Positions 25,013 to 32,978 of a DNA stretch of 44,724 bases are shown here, piece by piece (the first letter of the stretch is position 1; each line of letters opens with the position of its first letter). The notes below the pieces were generated by a model. That model made no database searches and was not told the DNA's origin. It saw nothing but the letters and a program-made list of their open reading frames with translations. The stretch comes from a virus (taxonomy: Duplodnaviria > Caudoviricetes): positions 1-44,724 of the IMG/VR virus record IMGVR_UViG_3300005611_000056; one strand, written 5' to 3'. Made by a program: the position numbers and the translations under genes.

Positions 25013-25396
25013 TTACTCGTAGGAATGGGTCAACTCTTCTCCAATCTCAATCCAATCCAAAGAACAGATTGTACCATCTGGATGATGAATGCAATTTGGA
25101 GATTCAGAGTAGTTCAGAAAGAAGGAGATGTTGAGTGTGTTGAGTGTCTTTTTCCAAGGAAGGAAGATGTGGGAGTCATCAGAATAGAAGTAATCCAGAC
25201 ACATCTCTTTAAGCGCAGGATCTAGTTTTTCTAGATGTTCAATGGGTTGGGTTACAAAGAAGTCCTTGCATTCAGGAAAGATATCCGTCTTTGGCGGAAT
25301 TCTGCGTACAGCAAAAACCCCTACTCCATGCAGGGGCGAAGGTTGTAAGCGGCACCAAGTTTGAACACGGGAGGCTCTAAGGAATTCAAGACTCAC
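25013..25396 (-). CDS. SET-domain protein (lysine methyltransferase fold)
   Basis: SPLHGVGVFA...I; FLNYSESPNC; I.IGEELTHSY. Confidence 0.85.
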   Translation of the reverse strand: MSLEFLRASRVQTWCRLQPSPLHGVGVFAVRRIPPKTDIFPECKDFFVTQPIEHLEKLDPALKEMCLDYFYSDDSHIFLPWKKTLNTLNISFFLNYSESPNCIHHPDGTICSLDWIEIGEELTHSYE

Positions 25397-25659
25397 TTCA
25401 AGGAACGACCAGGCTTATTTCTCGCACGATTCTTACTGGCCTTTTCATTTACGAGTTTTCCACTCTTGGTATGCGATTTATCATACCCTTTGCCGTTAGG
25501 ATTCATACGATTGGCCCGATTCAACTCTGCACGATAGCGTTTTCTTTTGGAGGACGCATGATAATTCGCATCATACTTCTTCTTTGCTGCAGACGCTCTT
25601 TCCTTGCCTTTTCCTGCCAATCCATTTCTACGTTGCGGGACTCTTTTTGCTTTTACCAT
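25393..25659 (-). CDS. very basic small protein (degenerate HNH-like D.SH...NRARN)
   Basis: TGATG coupling to the endolysin; K/R rich. Confidence 0.65.
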   Translation of the reverse strand: MVKAKRVPQRRNGLAGKGKERASAAKKKYDANYHASSKRKRYRAELNRANRMNPNGKGYDKSHTKSGKLVNEKASKNRARNKPGRSLK

Positions 25660-26063
25660 CAGTAACTCCATATCCAAGGTCTAGGGCCTTTTGTTTCGCC
25701 TGTTGCAATTGTATCCAGATGAATGAATCTGGAAGCATGTGGGCCTTTCTGAGCAATCCCAATCCCTGAGAAATCATAACCCATTGCAACACCAAGTAGA
25801 AGATGAGCCTCTGCACCAGAAATCTGAATGTCAATCGCCTTCCCTGTCGTGTGAGGCCCATTCAATCCTGTTGAAGAAACACTGTCATTGTGTGCAGGAC
25901 ACCGATACGCAGAGCTTACTTTCATGGGACGATCCCAATCAGGATCTGTTCTTACGGCTTCCAACAAGTCCATGAATTGCTGATCCATGCCTGGGAACTC
26001 ACATCTTCCACACTTGCAGCGTAATTCGTCTTCTGAGAAATGCTTTGTACTGATCACATCCAT
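25659..26063 (-). CDS. endolysin, peptidase M15A family
   Basis: HFS..EL.CKCG, SAYRCPAHN, H..GKAID, FIHLD; start moved to ATG 26063. Confidence 0.92.
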   Translation of the reverse strand: MDVISTKHFSEDELRCKCGRCEFPGMDQQFMDLLEAVRTDPDWDRPMKVSSAYRCPAHNDSVSSTGLNGPHTTGKAIDIQISGAEAHLLLGVAMGYDFSGIGIAQKGPHASRFIHLDTIATGETKGPRPWIWSY

Positions 26064-26064
26064 A

Positions 26065-26442
26065 TTATTTCCTGAATAACTTGGTTGCACTACGAATCCC
26101 AAAGGATGCAGCAATGATAACACCCAATGAATACTGATACCATTCAGGCATTGCAGCCAGTTGATCAAAACCACGTTGAACGACACCCTCCATGCCTGGA
26201 ACAAAAGCCAGTATCATCGGAATACTAAAGAGAATCGTCAACCACTCATCCTTCCATGAGTTCTGAGAACCTTTGATGGCCTCCAAATCCCAATCTATCT
26301 CTGCTGTGGCCTTTTTTTCATAGACAATGGCTTCTGCATTCTTCAATGCTACTTCTGCAGCCGTTTTTGCTTTGGACTTCTCTACATTCCCTTCCAGCCA
26401 TGTGGTCACCAAACTGGCAATGGGGCCTAGAAACTGAATCAT
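26065..26442 (-). CDS. holin (3TM / GTA-type holin-like)
   Basis: SWKDEW + TM, MPEWYQY..G..I.ASFG.R; directly upstream of the endolysin. Confidence 0.8.
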   Translation of the reverse strand: MIQFLGPIASLVTTWLEGNVEKSKAKTAAEVALKNAEAIVYEKKATAEIDWDLEAIKGSQNSWKDEWLTILFSIPMILAFVPGMEGVVQRGFDQLAAMPEWYQYSLGVIIAASFGIRSATKLFRK

Positions 26443-26690
26443 TTCTTTCTTCCTTTCCAGAGATCTGCATCTGCAATACGGGCCTTACCCTTACCAGTTA
26501 CAAAGGATCGGACTCTTCCTCTGGCCCATTCCTCCATCGAAGCATTTCTGGAACCACTGCTCAAGTACGCACCTTGTCCTCTCCGATAGACTGCTGTCAG
26601 TGTCCGTTTGGGAATCCCAGATTTCTCAGATACCGAATCCAAGTACTTGGAGGTTGCTGGACTCAATGGTTTTGGAGATTTACGTTTCAT
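26439..26690 (-). CDS. basic small protein (VYRRG.GAY..SGSR...WA..RV..F, DUF5824-like)
   Basis: Motif recognition. Confidence 0.7.
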   Translation of the reverse strand: MKRKSPKPLSPATSKYLDSVSEKSGIPKRTLTAVYRRGQGAYLSSGSRNASMEEWARGRVRSFVTGKGKARIADADLWKGRKK

Positions 26691-26932
26691 GATGACCTTT
26701 TCTTCTTTTTCCCTTGAGCCACACGGGATGCGGAGACCTTCTTGACATCAATCGGTAGACCCTTGCGGTATCGTTCAGCCGTTCTTTTGATCTCTGCCGC
26801 CTTTTTTGCTGCGTTTTTGGAACCGCTGAGATACTTTTTCGGGACTCCTGTCTTCTTGTCCTTTGCCACCTTGCGGAATAGCTTCTTCTTGGAATGTCCT
26901 GCCACCTGTCTATCTGTAACAAACCTGTTCAT
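26687..26932 (-). CDS. very basic small protein
   Basis: KDKKTGVPKKYLSG; GGAG SD. Confidence 0.7.
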   Translation of the reverse strand: MNRFVTDRQVAGHSKKKLFRKVAKDKKTGVPKKYLSGSKNAAKKAAEIKRTAERYRKGLPIDVKKVSASRVAQGKKKKRSS

Positions 26933-26953
26933 GAGACTCCTTTTTACTGTAGT

Positions 26954-27139
26954 CTAGCACCTTTTGTACTGGTTACGCCCTGCTTCTCTGATCTCTTCAA
27001 TGGTTCGGAAACACCCAATACAGACTTTGTTTTCATCCAATTGACAAACTCCAATGCAAGGACTGCTTGCACTCTCTTCTTCCTTATTCTGGATACTCAA
27101 GTTTTGTTGAAAACTAGCATACTTCTTCTGTCTCTTCAA
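26954..27139 (-). CDS. DUF1289-family Cys-rich (putative Fe-S) protein
   Basis: SPCIGVCQLD...CIGCFRTIEEI. Confidence 0.8.
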   Translation of the reverse strand: MKRQKKYASFQQNLSIQNKEEESASSPCIGVCQLDENKVCIGCFRTIEEIREAGRNQYKRC

Positions 27140-27143
27140 TGGA

Positions 27144-28289
27144 CTACCATTTGGGAGAATTCAGAACCCTGTCTTTTCTGAAGAAATCCTCTCCTGCCTT
27201 TGCAAGGTCAAGTACCTCCTTCATCAGCTTATCCTTGATCAACACAGGATCAAATCCCAGAGACTTCAGTCCTTCATTGGACACCTCCAAATCATTGGAC
27301 TCTGCCTCTTTTCTTGGATTTGGAACCTGTTGTACAGGAACTCCATATTTGTCACTGACCAGCATTGCCAAGTCCAACACTGTCTGGGTTTCTGCTACTT
27401 GGTTGAAGATGCGGACACGGTTCTCCTCAGGAGGATTCTCCAAGGCCATGCGGACACACTTTACTGTATCAGAGATATGAATGAAGGCCCTTCGCTGTCC
27501 TCCGGTTCCGTATACGGTCAAAGGATATCCATGTACTGCCTGAACAAGAAAACGATTCAACACGGTGCCATAGATTCCATCATAATCAAAACGATTGACC
27601 AGCTTCATGTCAAACAAGGTTTCCTTCGTAGAAACACCCCAGACAATCCCTTGATGAAGATCTGTGATCGGAATCCCCCAATTCTTGTAGTAGAACTGGA
27701 AGAGCAACTGATCCAGACACTTCGTCATATGATAAATACTCCCTGGATTGGCAGGATACAGAATCTCCTGTTGTTCGCAGGTCTCATTGACCGTTATGTC
27801 CAAATATCCTTCTGGAATTTTCCCAAATGCCTTGGAGTATCCATAGACTCCCATTGTTCCAAGATGAATGAGATGAATCTCAGGATTCACAGTGGCAATG
27901 ACGGACAGGATATTACTCGTACTCGACACATTCTGGTTGACCGTATTGCAACGATGGTTCTCAGAAAGCATCGAATAGGGAGCAGAGCGCTGTTGTCCAA
28001 AGTGGATAATCGCATCAGGCCAGAAAGAGTTGACAACCTCTCGGAAACGATCCTTCTCCTGAGACACGTCCAATACTGCGCCATCCATCCTTCCTTCGAC
28101 ATAAGTGTTTGCCAACTCTATACGTTCAGTGAAAGAAGTAATTTGCGTAAGGGATCGTGTCTCTAACTCATCGTCTATTTTTCTCCTAGAAAGGTTGTCC
28201 AGAATCAGCACTTTGTGACCGGAATTTGCAAGGTGCAGGGCCGTAGGCCATCCACAGAATCCATCTCCTCCAATAACAATCACTCTCAT
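27144..28289 (-). CDS. sqdB: UDP-sulfoquinovose synthase (ORF stays open upstream to 28460)
   Basis: GGDGFCGWPTALHL, DNLSRR..D.EL...SLT.I, QRSAPYSM, HLGTMGVYGY, PGSIYHMTK, TDLHQGIVWG, NRFDYDG.YGTVLNRF, NPRKEA. Confidence 0.95.
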   Translation of the reverse strand: MRVIVIGGDGFCGWPTALHLANSGHKVLILDNLSRRKIDDELETRSLTQITSFTERIELANTYVEGRMDGAVLDVSQEKDRFREVVNSFWPDAIIHFGQQRSAPYSMLSENHRCNTVNQNVSSTSNILSVIATVNPEIHLIHLGTMGVYGYSKAFGKIPEGYLDITVNETCEQQEILYPANPGSIYHMTKCLDQLLFQFYYKNWGIPITDLHQGIVWGVSTKETLFDMKLVNRFDYDGIYGTVLNRFLVQAVHGYPLTVYGTGGQRRAFIHISDTVKCVRMALENPPEENRVRIFNQVAETQTVLDLAMLVSDKYGVPVQQVPNPRKEAESNDLEVSNEGLKSLGFDPVLIKDKLMKEVLDLAKAGEDFFRKDRVLNSPKW

Positions 28290-28383
28290 AGGCTTTCTCA
28301 GTAGTTCCTGACGTTCGGACACATTCCTCTCTATCTCCAAAAGACTCTCAGCGGTCACATCTACATCATCAGAATACATATTC

Positions 28384-29154
28384 TTACGATTGTACAACTT
28401 TGCAGAGGGCTTTACTTTCTCCCGAAAACGGGTGAAGCGAAAAGTGCGATTCTCTTTCATGTGGCGAATAAGATTCTTTCCAAGAACCCTTAAAATCAGA
28501 CTTTTTCAAGGAAATTGAATTTGACAGCTTCTTCATCAGATAGGACTGAAAGTTCTTTTCCAATTTAGAGGCAATATCCCTACTATTCTTTGGATCAATC
28601 CTTACCTTTTCTTCAGAAAAGTACTCTCTGATGATATCAATGGATCTTCTAAGGATAAATACTCTTGTTCCAACAGAATACCCAACTCCAAAATGAGTGG
28701 AAGCTAACCGAAATGCTGGAGACAATGCAGTATAGAAAAGAGAAACTGCAATATTGCCTATTCTGTACTTTTCTGGGATTGCCATCCAAAGTGATTTATT
28801 CACCTCTTCATTGTAAATCTTCTTGTATTCTACAAAGGCTTTTTGCGTGTCCCACATATCATAGAATTCTGACTTCGTATTCTTGATCCAATCCCAAACA
28901 AACTTATTTTCCGTAACATCTGGAGACTCTTGGTGACATTCCTTGCAAAGTAAAATGAGATTGCTTGCATCTTCAGATCCACCCAAGGACTCTGGAACAA
29001 TATGACATCTTTCCAAGGTCTTTCTTTTTCTAGCACATCTCCAGCAACGGATACTGGCATCAGACCAATCTACAGCAATATCTCCTTCATCAATGATGTT
29101 AGACCAGTATTCAACAATTTCTTCATTCTTTAACTTAATTGCAGATTTTTTCAT
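28384..29154 (-). CDS. HNH endonuclease
   Basis: CWRC...ERCHIVP.SLGG....NL.LLCKECH. Confidence 0.85.
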   Translation of the reverse strand: MKKSAIKLKNEEIVEYWSNIIDEGDIAVDWSDASIRCWRCARKRKTLERCHIVPESLGGSEDASNLILLCKECHQESPDVTENKFVWDWIKNTKSEFYDMWDTQKAFVEYKKIYNEEVNKSLWMAIPEKYRIGNIAVSLFYTALSPAFRLASTHFGVGYSVGTRVFILRRSIDIIREYFSEEKVRIDPKNSRDIASKLEKNFQSYLMKKLSNSISLKKSDFKGSWKESYSPHERESHFSLHPFSGESKALCKVVQS

Positions 29155-29386
29155 GAGTCATCACCTCTTTGATTTCATACGTTCCCAACAACCAGTGGTT
29201 AGCTAACCGGACTAGATCCTCCTTGTCATAGAAGAGTTTCCGGTCTATCCATCCACCGAAATTGTGTCCTTTGTGACGCATGATGGTCTCCTGCAGGAGA
29301 ATTCCTCTTCCTTTGTTGATAGCCTGGTATCCTCTTGTCCGCAGGTAGGAGTTGAACTCCTCCAGAGTTGTCTCTCGTCCGAACAT
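29135..29386 (-). CDS. hypothetical protein
   Basis: GGAGG SD; abuts the upstream stop. Confidence 0.6.
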   Translation of the reverse strand: MFGRETTLEEFNSYLRTRGYQAINKGRGILLQETIMRHKGHNFGGWIDRKLFYDKEDLVRLANHWLLGTYEIKEVMTHEKICN

Positions 29387-29845
29387 CTATCCTCCAAATT
29401 TCTGCTTGTAGTTCTTTGACCAGACGCAATATCTCTTTCCACCAATGTGTACCTGCTTCTTTCCTTTTCGTACCTTTCTATGAACATCATTCCGATAGCA
29501 CCCGCATGACTTCGTTTGTCCTTGTTTGAGAGATGATATCCGCACCTCCGATCTAAATCCGCAGTCACATCTACACAATGCGTACCGATGGCTATCAATC
29601 ATCTTTCCAAGTTCCAGAACTTTCCAACGTCCGAATTTCTTACCAACAATGGACATCAAGTCCTTGGACTTTTGACAGCCACAACTCTTGGATGTACCTC
29701 GGATTAGGTCATCTGCACGAACATCTCTAGTTGAATGACAAACACAAAGACAATAGTAGTACTTGTGGTTCCCATCTCCGATGAAATCGGGAGATTTTTT
29801 AAGAACCTTCCAATAATGAAAACGATCTCCTGATTCGATTCCCAT
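29387..29845 (-). CDS. protein with two Cys-rich G.RF..W.V...C.C.C...L..G.SKSCGC repeats (homing-endonuclease DNA-binding module, no nuclease domain)
   Basis: Two tandem KSCGC modules. Confidence 0.75.
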   Translation of the reverse strand: MGIESGDRFHYWKVLKKSPDFIGDGNHKYYYCLCVCHSTRDVRADDLIRGTSKSCGCQKSKDLMSIVGKKFGRWKVLELGKMIDSHRYALCRCDCGFRSEVRISSLKQGQTKSCGCYRNDVHRKVRKGKKQVHIGGKRYCVWSKNYKQKFGG

Positions 29846-29878
29846 ATAGATTCTTCCTTCAAGGATTTACGTTAATAA

Positions 29879-29915
29879 TGCTTATATTATACTAGCGGCC
29901 CCTTGTTAGGGCCGC
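29879..29915 (-). promoter_or_regulatory. leftward TATAAT box directly preceded by a GC hairpin
   Basis: GCGGCCC-N7-GGGCCGC 29895-29915; TGCTTATATTATACT identical to 2878-2892. Confidence 0.5.
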
Positions 29916-29957
29916 CTTACGTCCCTTTATACACAGCAAATTCAGAAGAATCAAACT

Positions 29958-30134
29958 TTAATTCACACTTTCTTCTCTTTCCCTCTTATCCAGCGCTTCC
30001 TTCACTAGATTTCTCTCTCTTTGGTGTCGATCCCACACAGATTCCTTGTACTCAGGCCAGATCACTCTGCTCAATTGCATCCCTGCAACGAATCCCAATG
30101 CAAAACCAATCCCAAGACCAAATTCAAATCCCAT
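29958..30134 (-). CDS. 58-aa protein with N-terminal Gly-rich TM helix (not in ORF track)
   Basis: MGFEFGLGIGFALGFVAG...; starts 1 nt after the upstream stop. Confidence 0.55.
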   Translation of the reverse strand: MGFEFGLGIGFALGFVAGMQLSRVIWPEYKESVWDRHQRERNLVKEALDKREREESVN

Positions 30135-30135
30135 A

Positions 30136-30501
30136 TTACTTCTTCTTCTTGCTACGTTCCCGTTGAATACGGTTCCATTGTGAGTTGGCCCAACGCTCTC
30201 CTGCGGCTCCTCCCCAGATCAAGTCTGCAATCCGCATTCTACGATGCTCAGAAGGGTTACTACGGGCCTTTTTGATATTCTGTCCATGTCGTGCAAAGAA
30301 ACTTACCATTCGTGGAATGGTGGCCTCAGAAACACTTCCTGACATTAGATTCCTTGCTCGTTGAATTCCAGATCCTATTCCTTGTCTGGATGCCTCCTTG
30401 TTGGTAATTCCTCCTTTCTGGGACTTGGGTGCTTCTCTGCGCATCTCCAATCCTCTTTTTGCTGCTCTACGGACACTTTCTGGTACTTTGATGGATGCCA
30501 T
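30136..30501 (-). CDS. basic phage protein (A.RGL..R...G..RA..L...RM.SFFARH...IA..IWGG..G..WA)
   Basis: Motif recalled from phage head-associated hypothetical proteins; GGAG SD. Confidence 0.7.
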   Translation of the reverse strand: MASIKVPESVRRAAKRGLEMRREAPKSQKGGITNKEASRQGIGSGIQRARNLMSGSVSEATIPRMVSFFARHGQNIKKARSNPSEHRRMRIADLIWGGAAGERWANSQWNRIQRERSKKKK

Positions 30502-30550
30502 TTTCTTTTACTCCAAGGATACTGAGGTCGAACACTTGCTTCGTGTAATC

Positions 30551-31099
30551 TCACGGTTGAAAAGTCAAAGATTGTCTTCTGGAAGATCTCCTTGGATTGC
30601 TGACAGATTTGCCAACACGATGATCCACCAAGGAGGGTACATGAAGATAATAATCCATTCCTCTGTTTCGTAAATAAAGAGCAACCAGGTCATCAGTTGC
30701 AATCTTCCCATTCCCTGCCTCAAACCATGCCTCACTATAGTCCAACAAGTCTCTGGACATTCCTTCTGGATAGTACACACATTGATTCATCAGAAAAGTT
30801 CTCCCTGACTCCCAACGACTGCCTATCTCCAAATCTTTCTTCCTCATGGAAAAGAACTGAATCAATACATATGGAAAATCTGCTATGACGGCTAGGGCCT
30901 TTTCACAGAAATTACTGGTTAGCACAATGTCATCCTCCAGATGAACGACTGCATCGTCTCCTGCCACCCGCAAGGACTCCTGAAAACAATCCATCACTCC
31001 TCCTCCAGGGTCTAGGACTACTTCCAGATTTGGTATTCTTTCCTTCAAGTATGGGATGTATCCACTACGCTGTGGACAAGTCTTTACAATAAAACGCAT
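30551..31099 (-). CDS. GT-A fold glycosyltransferase-like protein
   Basis: VVHLEDD, DD..A..L, PSLVDH..G.S. Confidence 0.75.
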   Translation of the reverse strand: MRFIVKTCPQRSGYIPYLKERIPNLEVVLDPGGGVMDCFQESLRVAGDDAVVHLEDDIVLTSNFCEKALAVIADFPYVLIQFFSMRKKDLEIGSRWESGRTFLMNQCVYYPEGMSRDLLDYSEAWFEAGNGKIATDDLVALYLRNRGMDYYLHVPSLVDHRVGKSVSNPRRSSRRQSLTFQP

Positions 31100-32154
31100 C
31101 AGTCACAGAAAATAGGATGAGTCACTGTGATTCCCATTCCTTCCTCCACTAACCAGGTTGCCTGAATTGGTCTTTCTGGATAAAAGGAATGCTGGTAAGC
31201 AAACTCGTCATACCCTTTCAAACTTCCATTGATGATTCTTCTTGGATGCAAGGAATACTGGTGCCAGTGTCCACATACTAAAACATCATAGGGTACTCCA
31301 AGGCTCTCCTGTCTCTTTCTGAGTTTCTGATCTCCTCTGGAGATTGCACCCAAGGCACCAATGATTGGATCCGACATTGATCCTCCCAACAAGTCCCCAT
31401 GTGTCAGCATGTATCGGTTCTCATAGATCTCAAAATAACAGTCTGCTGTCTTTGGTAAACAGAATCGTACTCTTGGATCATCCTTGAACTGCATCTGACA
31501 TACAGAATAAATCATTGCATCAAAATTACTGGAGTTCCGTTTCTTGTGCCGCTTGTGCTGATAAAAACGACCATGATTCCCTGACACTCCAAAGACCACA
31601 ATCTCCTCAAAACACTGCTGCAACAAACGAATCCCTTCTGTAATGACTCCTGCACAATCGGTTACGGCTTCCAGTGTGTGAATCTCATTGGTTTCGGACA
31701 ATTCCTCATGAATCTCTCCAGACACCATGTCTCCTCCAAGAAGCAAAACCATTCCTTTGGAAGATATTCTAAGAATCCTCTTGTAAAAGTGAAGAAACTC
31801 CTGAAAACAGTACTCTGCCCGTTCATGGGCAACTGCTAAGTTGTAGTGATTGGAATGATTTATTTCTGCAGAATTAACCACTTCTCCCCAATGCCAATCA
31901 GAAAGAAAAAGAATTGGAACTGGATCGGTTAGTGAATTGTTGGAACTATCTAGAAGAAACGGAGGGGTTGTGATTGGAAAGGAGGGTAACTGTAGGGACA
32001 GTTCGTATTGCTGTTGTAGCTTTGCCTTCTCTAGAAGAGAGGCCTTGAGGTCACTGCGTAATTGACGAATCTCCTCTTTGTAGAGAAGTTCCTTCTCTAT
32101 AAAATCTTGCAAACATTTACTCCCACTTGTTGATCGGACATTTGAAGATTGCAA
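31099..32154 (-). CDS. calcineurin-like metallophosphoesterase
   Basis: SDWHWG, GGDMVSG, GNHGR, THGD, GHWH. Confidence 0.9.
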   Translation of the reverse strand: MQSSNVRSTSGSKCLQDFIEKELLYKEEIRQLRSDLKASLLEKAKLQQQYELSLQLPSFPITTPPFLLDSSNNSLTDPVPILFLSDWHWGEVVNSAEINHSNHYNLAVAHERAEYCFQEFLHFYKRILRISSKGMVLLLGGDMVSGEIHEELSETNEIHTLEAVTDCAGVITEGIRLLQQCFEEIVVFGVSGNHGRFYQHKRHKKRNSSNFDAMIYSVCQMQFKDDPRVRFCLPKTADCYFEIYENRYMLTHGDLLGGSMSDPIIGALGAISRGDQKLRKRQESLGVPYDVLVCGHWHQYSLHPRRIINGSLKGYDEFAYQHSFYPERPIQATWLVEEGMGITVTHPIFCD

Positions 32155-32278
32155 AGGAACTCTTTACATCCATAAAACATCCACATTTCTTACATTTACG
32201 GTACTTTACAAAGAATTCGCAAGACTCGCAAATTTGAAGACGCCTTTGACGCTCTGGATGAGAGGGAGGATAGACCAT
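32117..32278 (-). CDS. small Cys-rich protein (R..IC..C...C..CGCFM..K...CP..KW)
   Basis: HiPIP-like phage motif; TAATG coupling. Confidence 0.7.
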   Translation of the reverse strand: MVYPPSHPERQRRLQICESCEFFVKYRKCKKCGCFMDVKSSFAIFKCPINKWE

Positions 32279-32613
32279 TACATCGCTTTGATCAGACCCA
32301 AACAATTCCCTGCATAAATTTCTGCAACCGCTGCTCTTTGTGCAAATTCCATCTCTTCCACCTGCTTCTGGGTAAAGTCCTGACGGAACTCGTCAATCAC
32401 ACATGCACAGTGTTGAATGGATAGCTGAAGAGCCATACTTTGAGGGAATCCACGGACAGTGTACTGAGGTTGCATCTGCTGAGAACAGTTGTATGTCCAC
32501 TGGAGAATGTACAGGGCAGGATAGCTTAGTTTTGTTATGGTTTGATTGTCATCAGCCCAGGTACTCATGCTAATGGATAACAATGTTGCCAATGTGCTGA
32601 TGATCTTTTTCAT
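32278..32613 (-). CDS. secreted protein with signal peptide and paired Cys
   Basis: MKK + hydrophobic stretch + TWA cleavage site; C...CxC...C. Confidence 0.7.
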   Translation of the reverse strand: MKKIISTLATLLSISMSTWADDNQTITKLSYPALYILQWTYNCSQQMQPQYTVRGFPQSMALQLSIQHCACVIDEFRQDFTQKQVEEMEFAQRAAVAEIYAGNCLGLIKAM

Positions 32614-32622
32614 AAATTTACT

Positions 32623-32904
32623 CTAGTGGCTTCTTTGACTGTGTATGGTTTCTTTTAACTCACTGATTGCTACTCGCATCTCTGAAAGAACTGTGTTCGT
32701 TTCCTTCATGGTGGCTACCAAGGTAGAGTTGGACTCCTTCATCAAAACCCTAAGTTCCGTATCGTTTTCTCGATCCTTGTTCAAATGGATTTCACGCTCT
32801 CGTTCAAAACCCTTGAGTAGATAGATAATCAGATATCCTGCAAAAGCGAGACTTGTGATGGTTCCACCCAAATCTGCTAACATTGTAATAAATTGTTCTG
32901 GCAT
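32623..32904 (-). CDS. single-TM plus coiled-coil protein (BhlA-type holin-like)
   Basis: N-terminal TM then amphipathic coiled coil; located after the tail fibre. Confidence 0.55.
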   Translation of the reverse strand: MPEQFITMLADLGGTITSLAFAGYLIIYLLKGFEREREIHLNKDRENDTELRVLMKESNSTLVATMKETNTVLSEMRVAISELKETIHSQRSH

Positions 32905-32978
32905 CTCTCTACTCTAAAAAATAGTTAAAAGGATCATGGTAAAAGGTTGGAAAATATTTCAGGCATAGTTTTACTCGG

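Noticed and set aside
27330-28166. 278-aa + strand ORF
   Set aside because: Antisense shadow of sqdB.
29135-29845. TAG read-through or stop-codon recoding joining two in-frame ORFs
   Set aside because: The downstream ATG has its own GGAGG SD, and conserved long genes are not interrupted by TAG, so the standard code fits.
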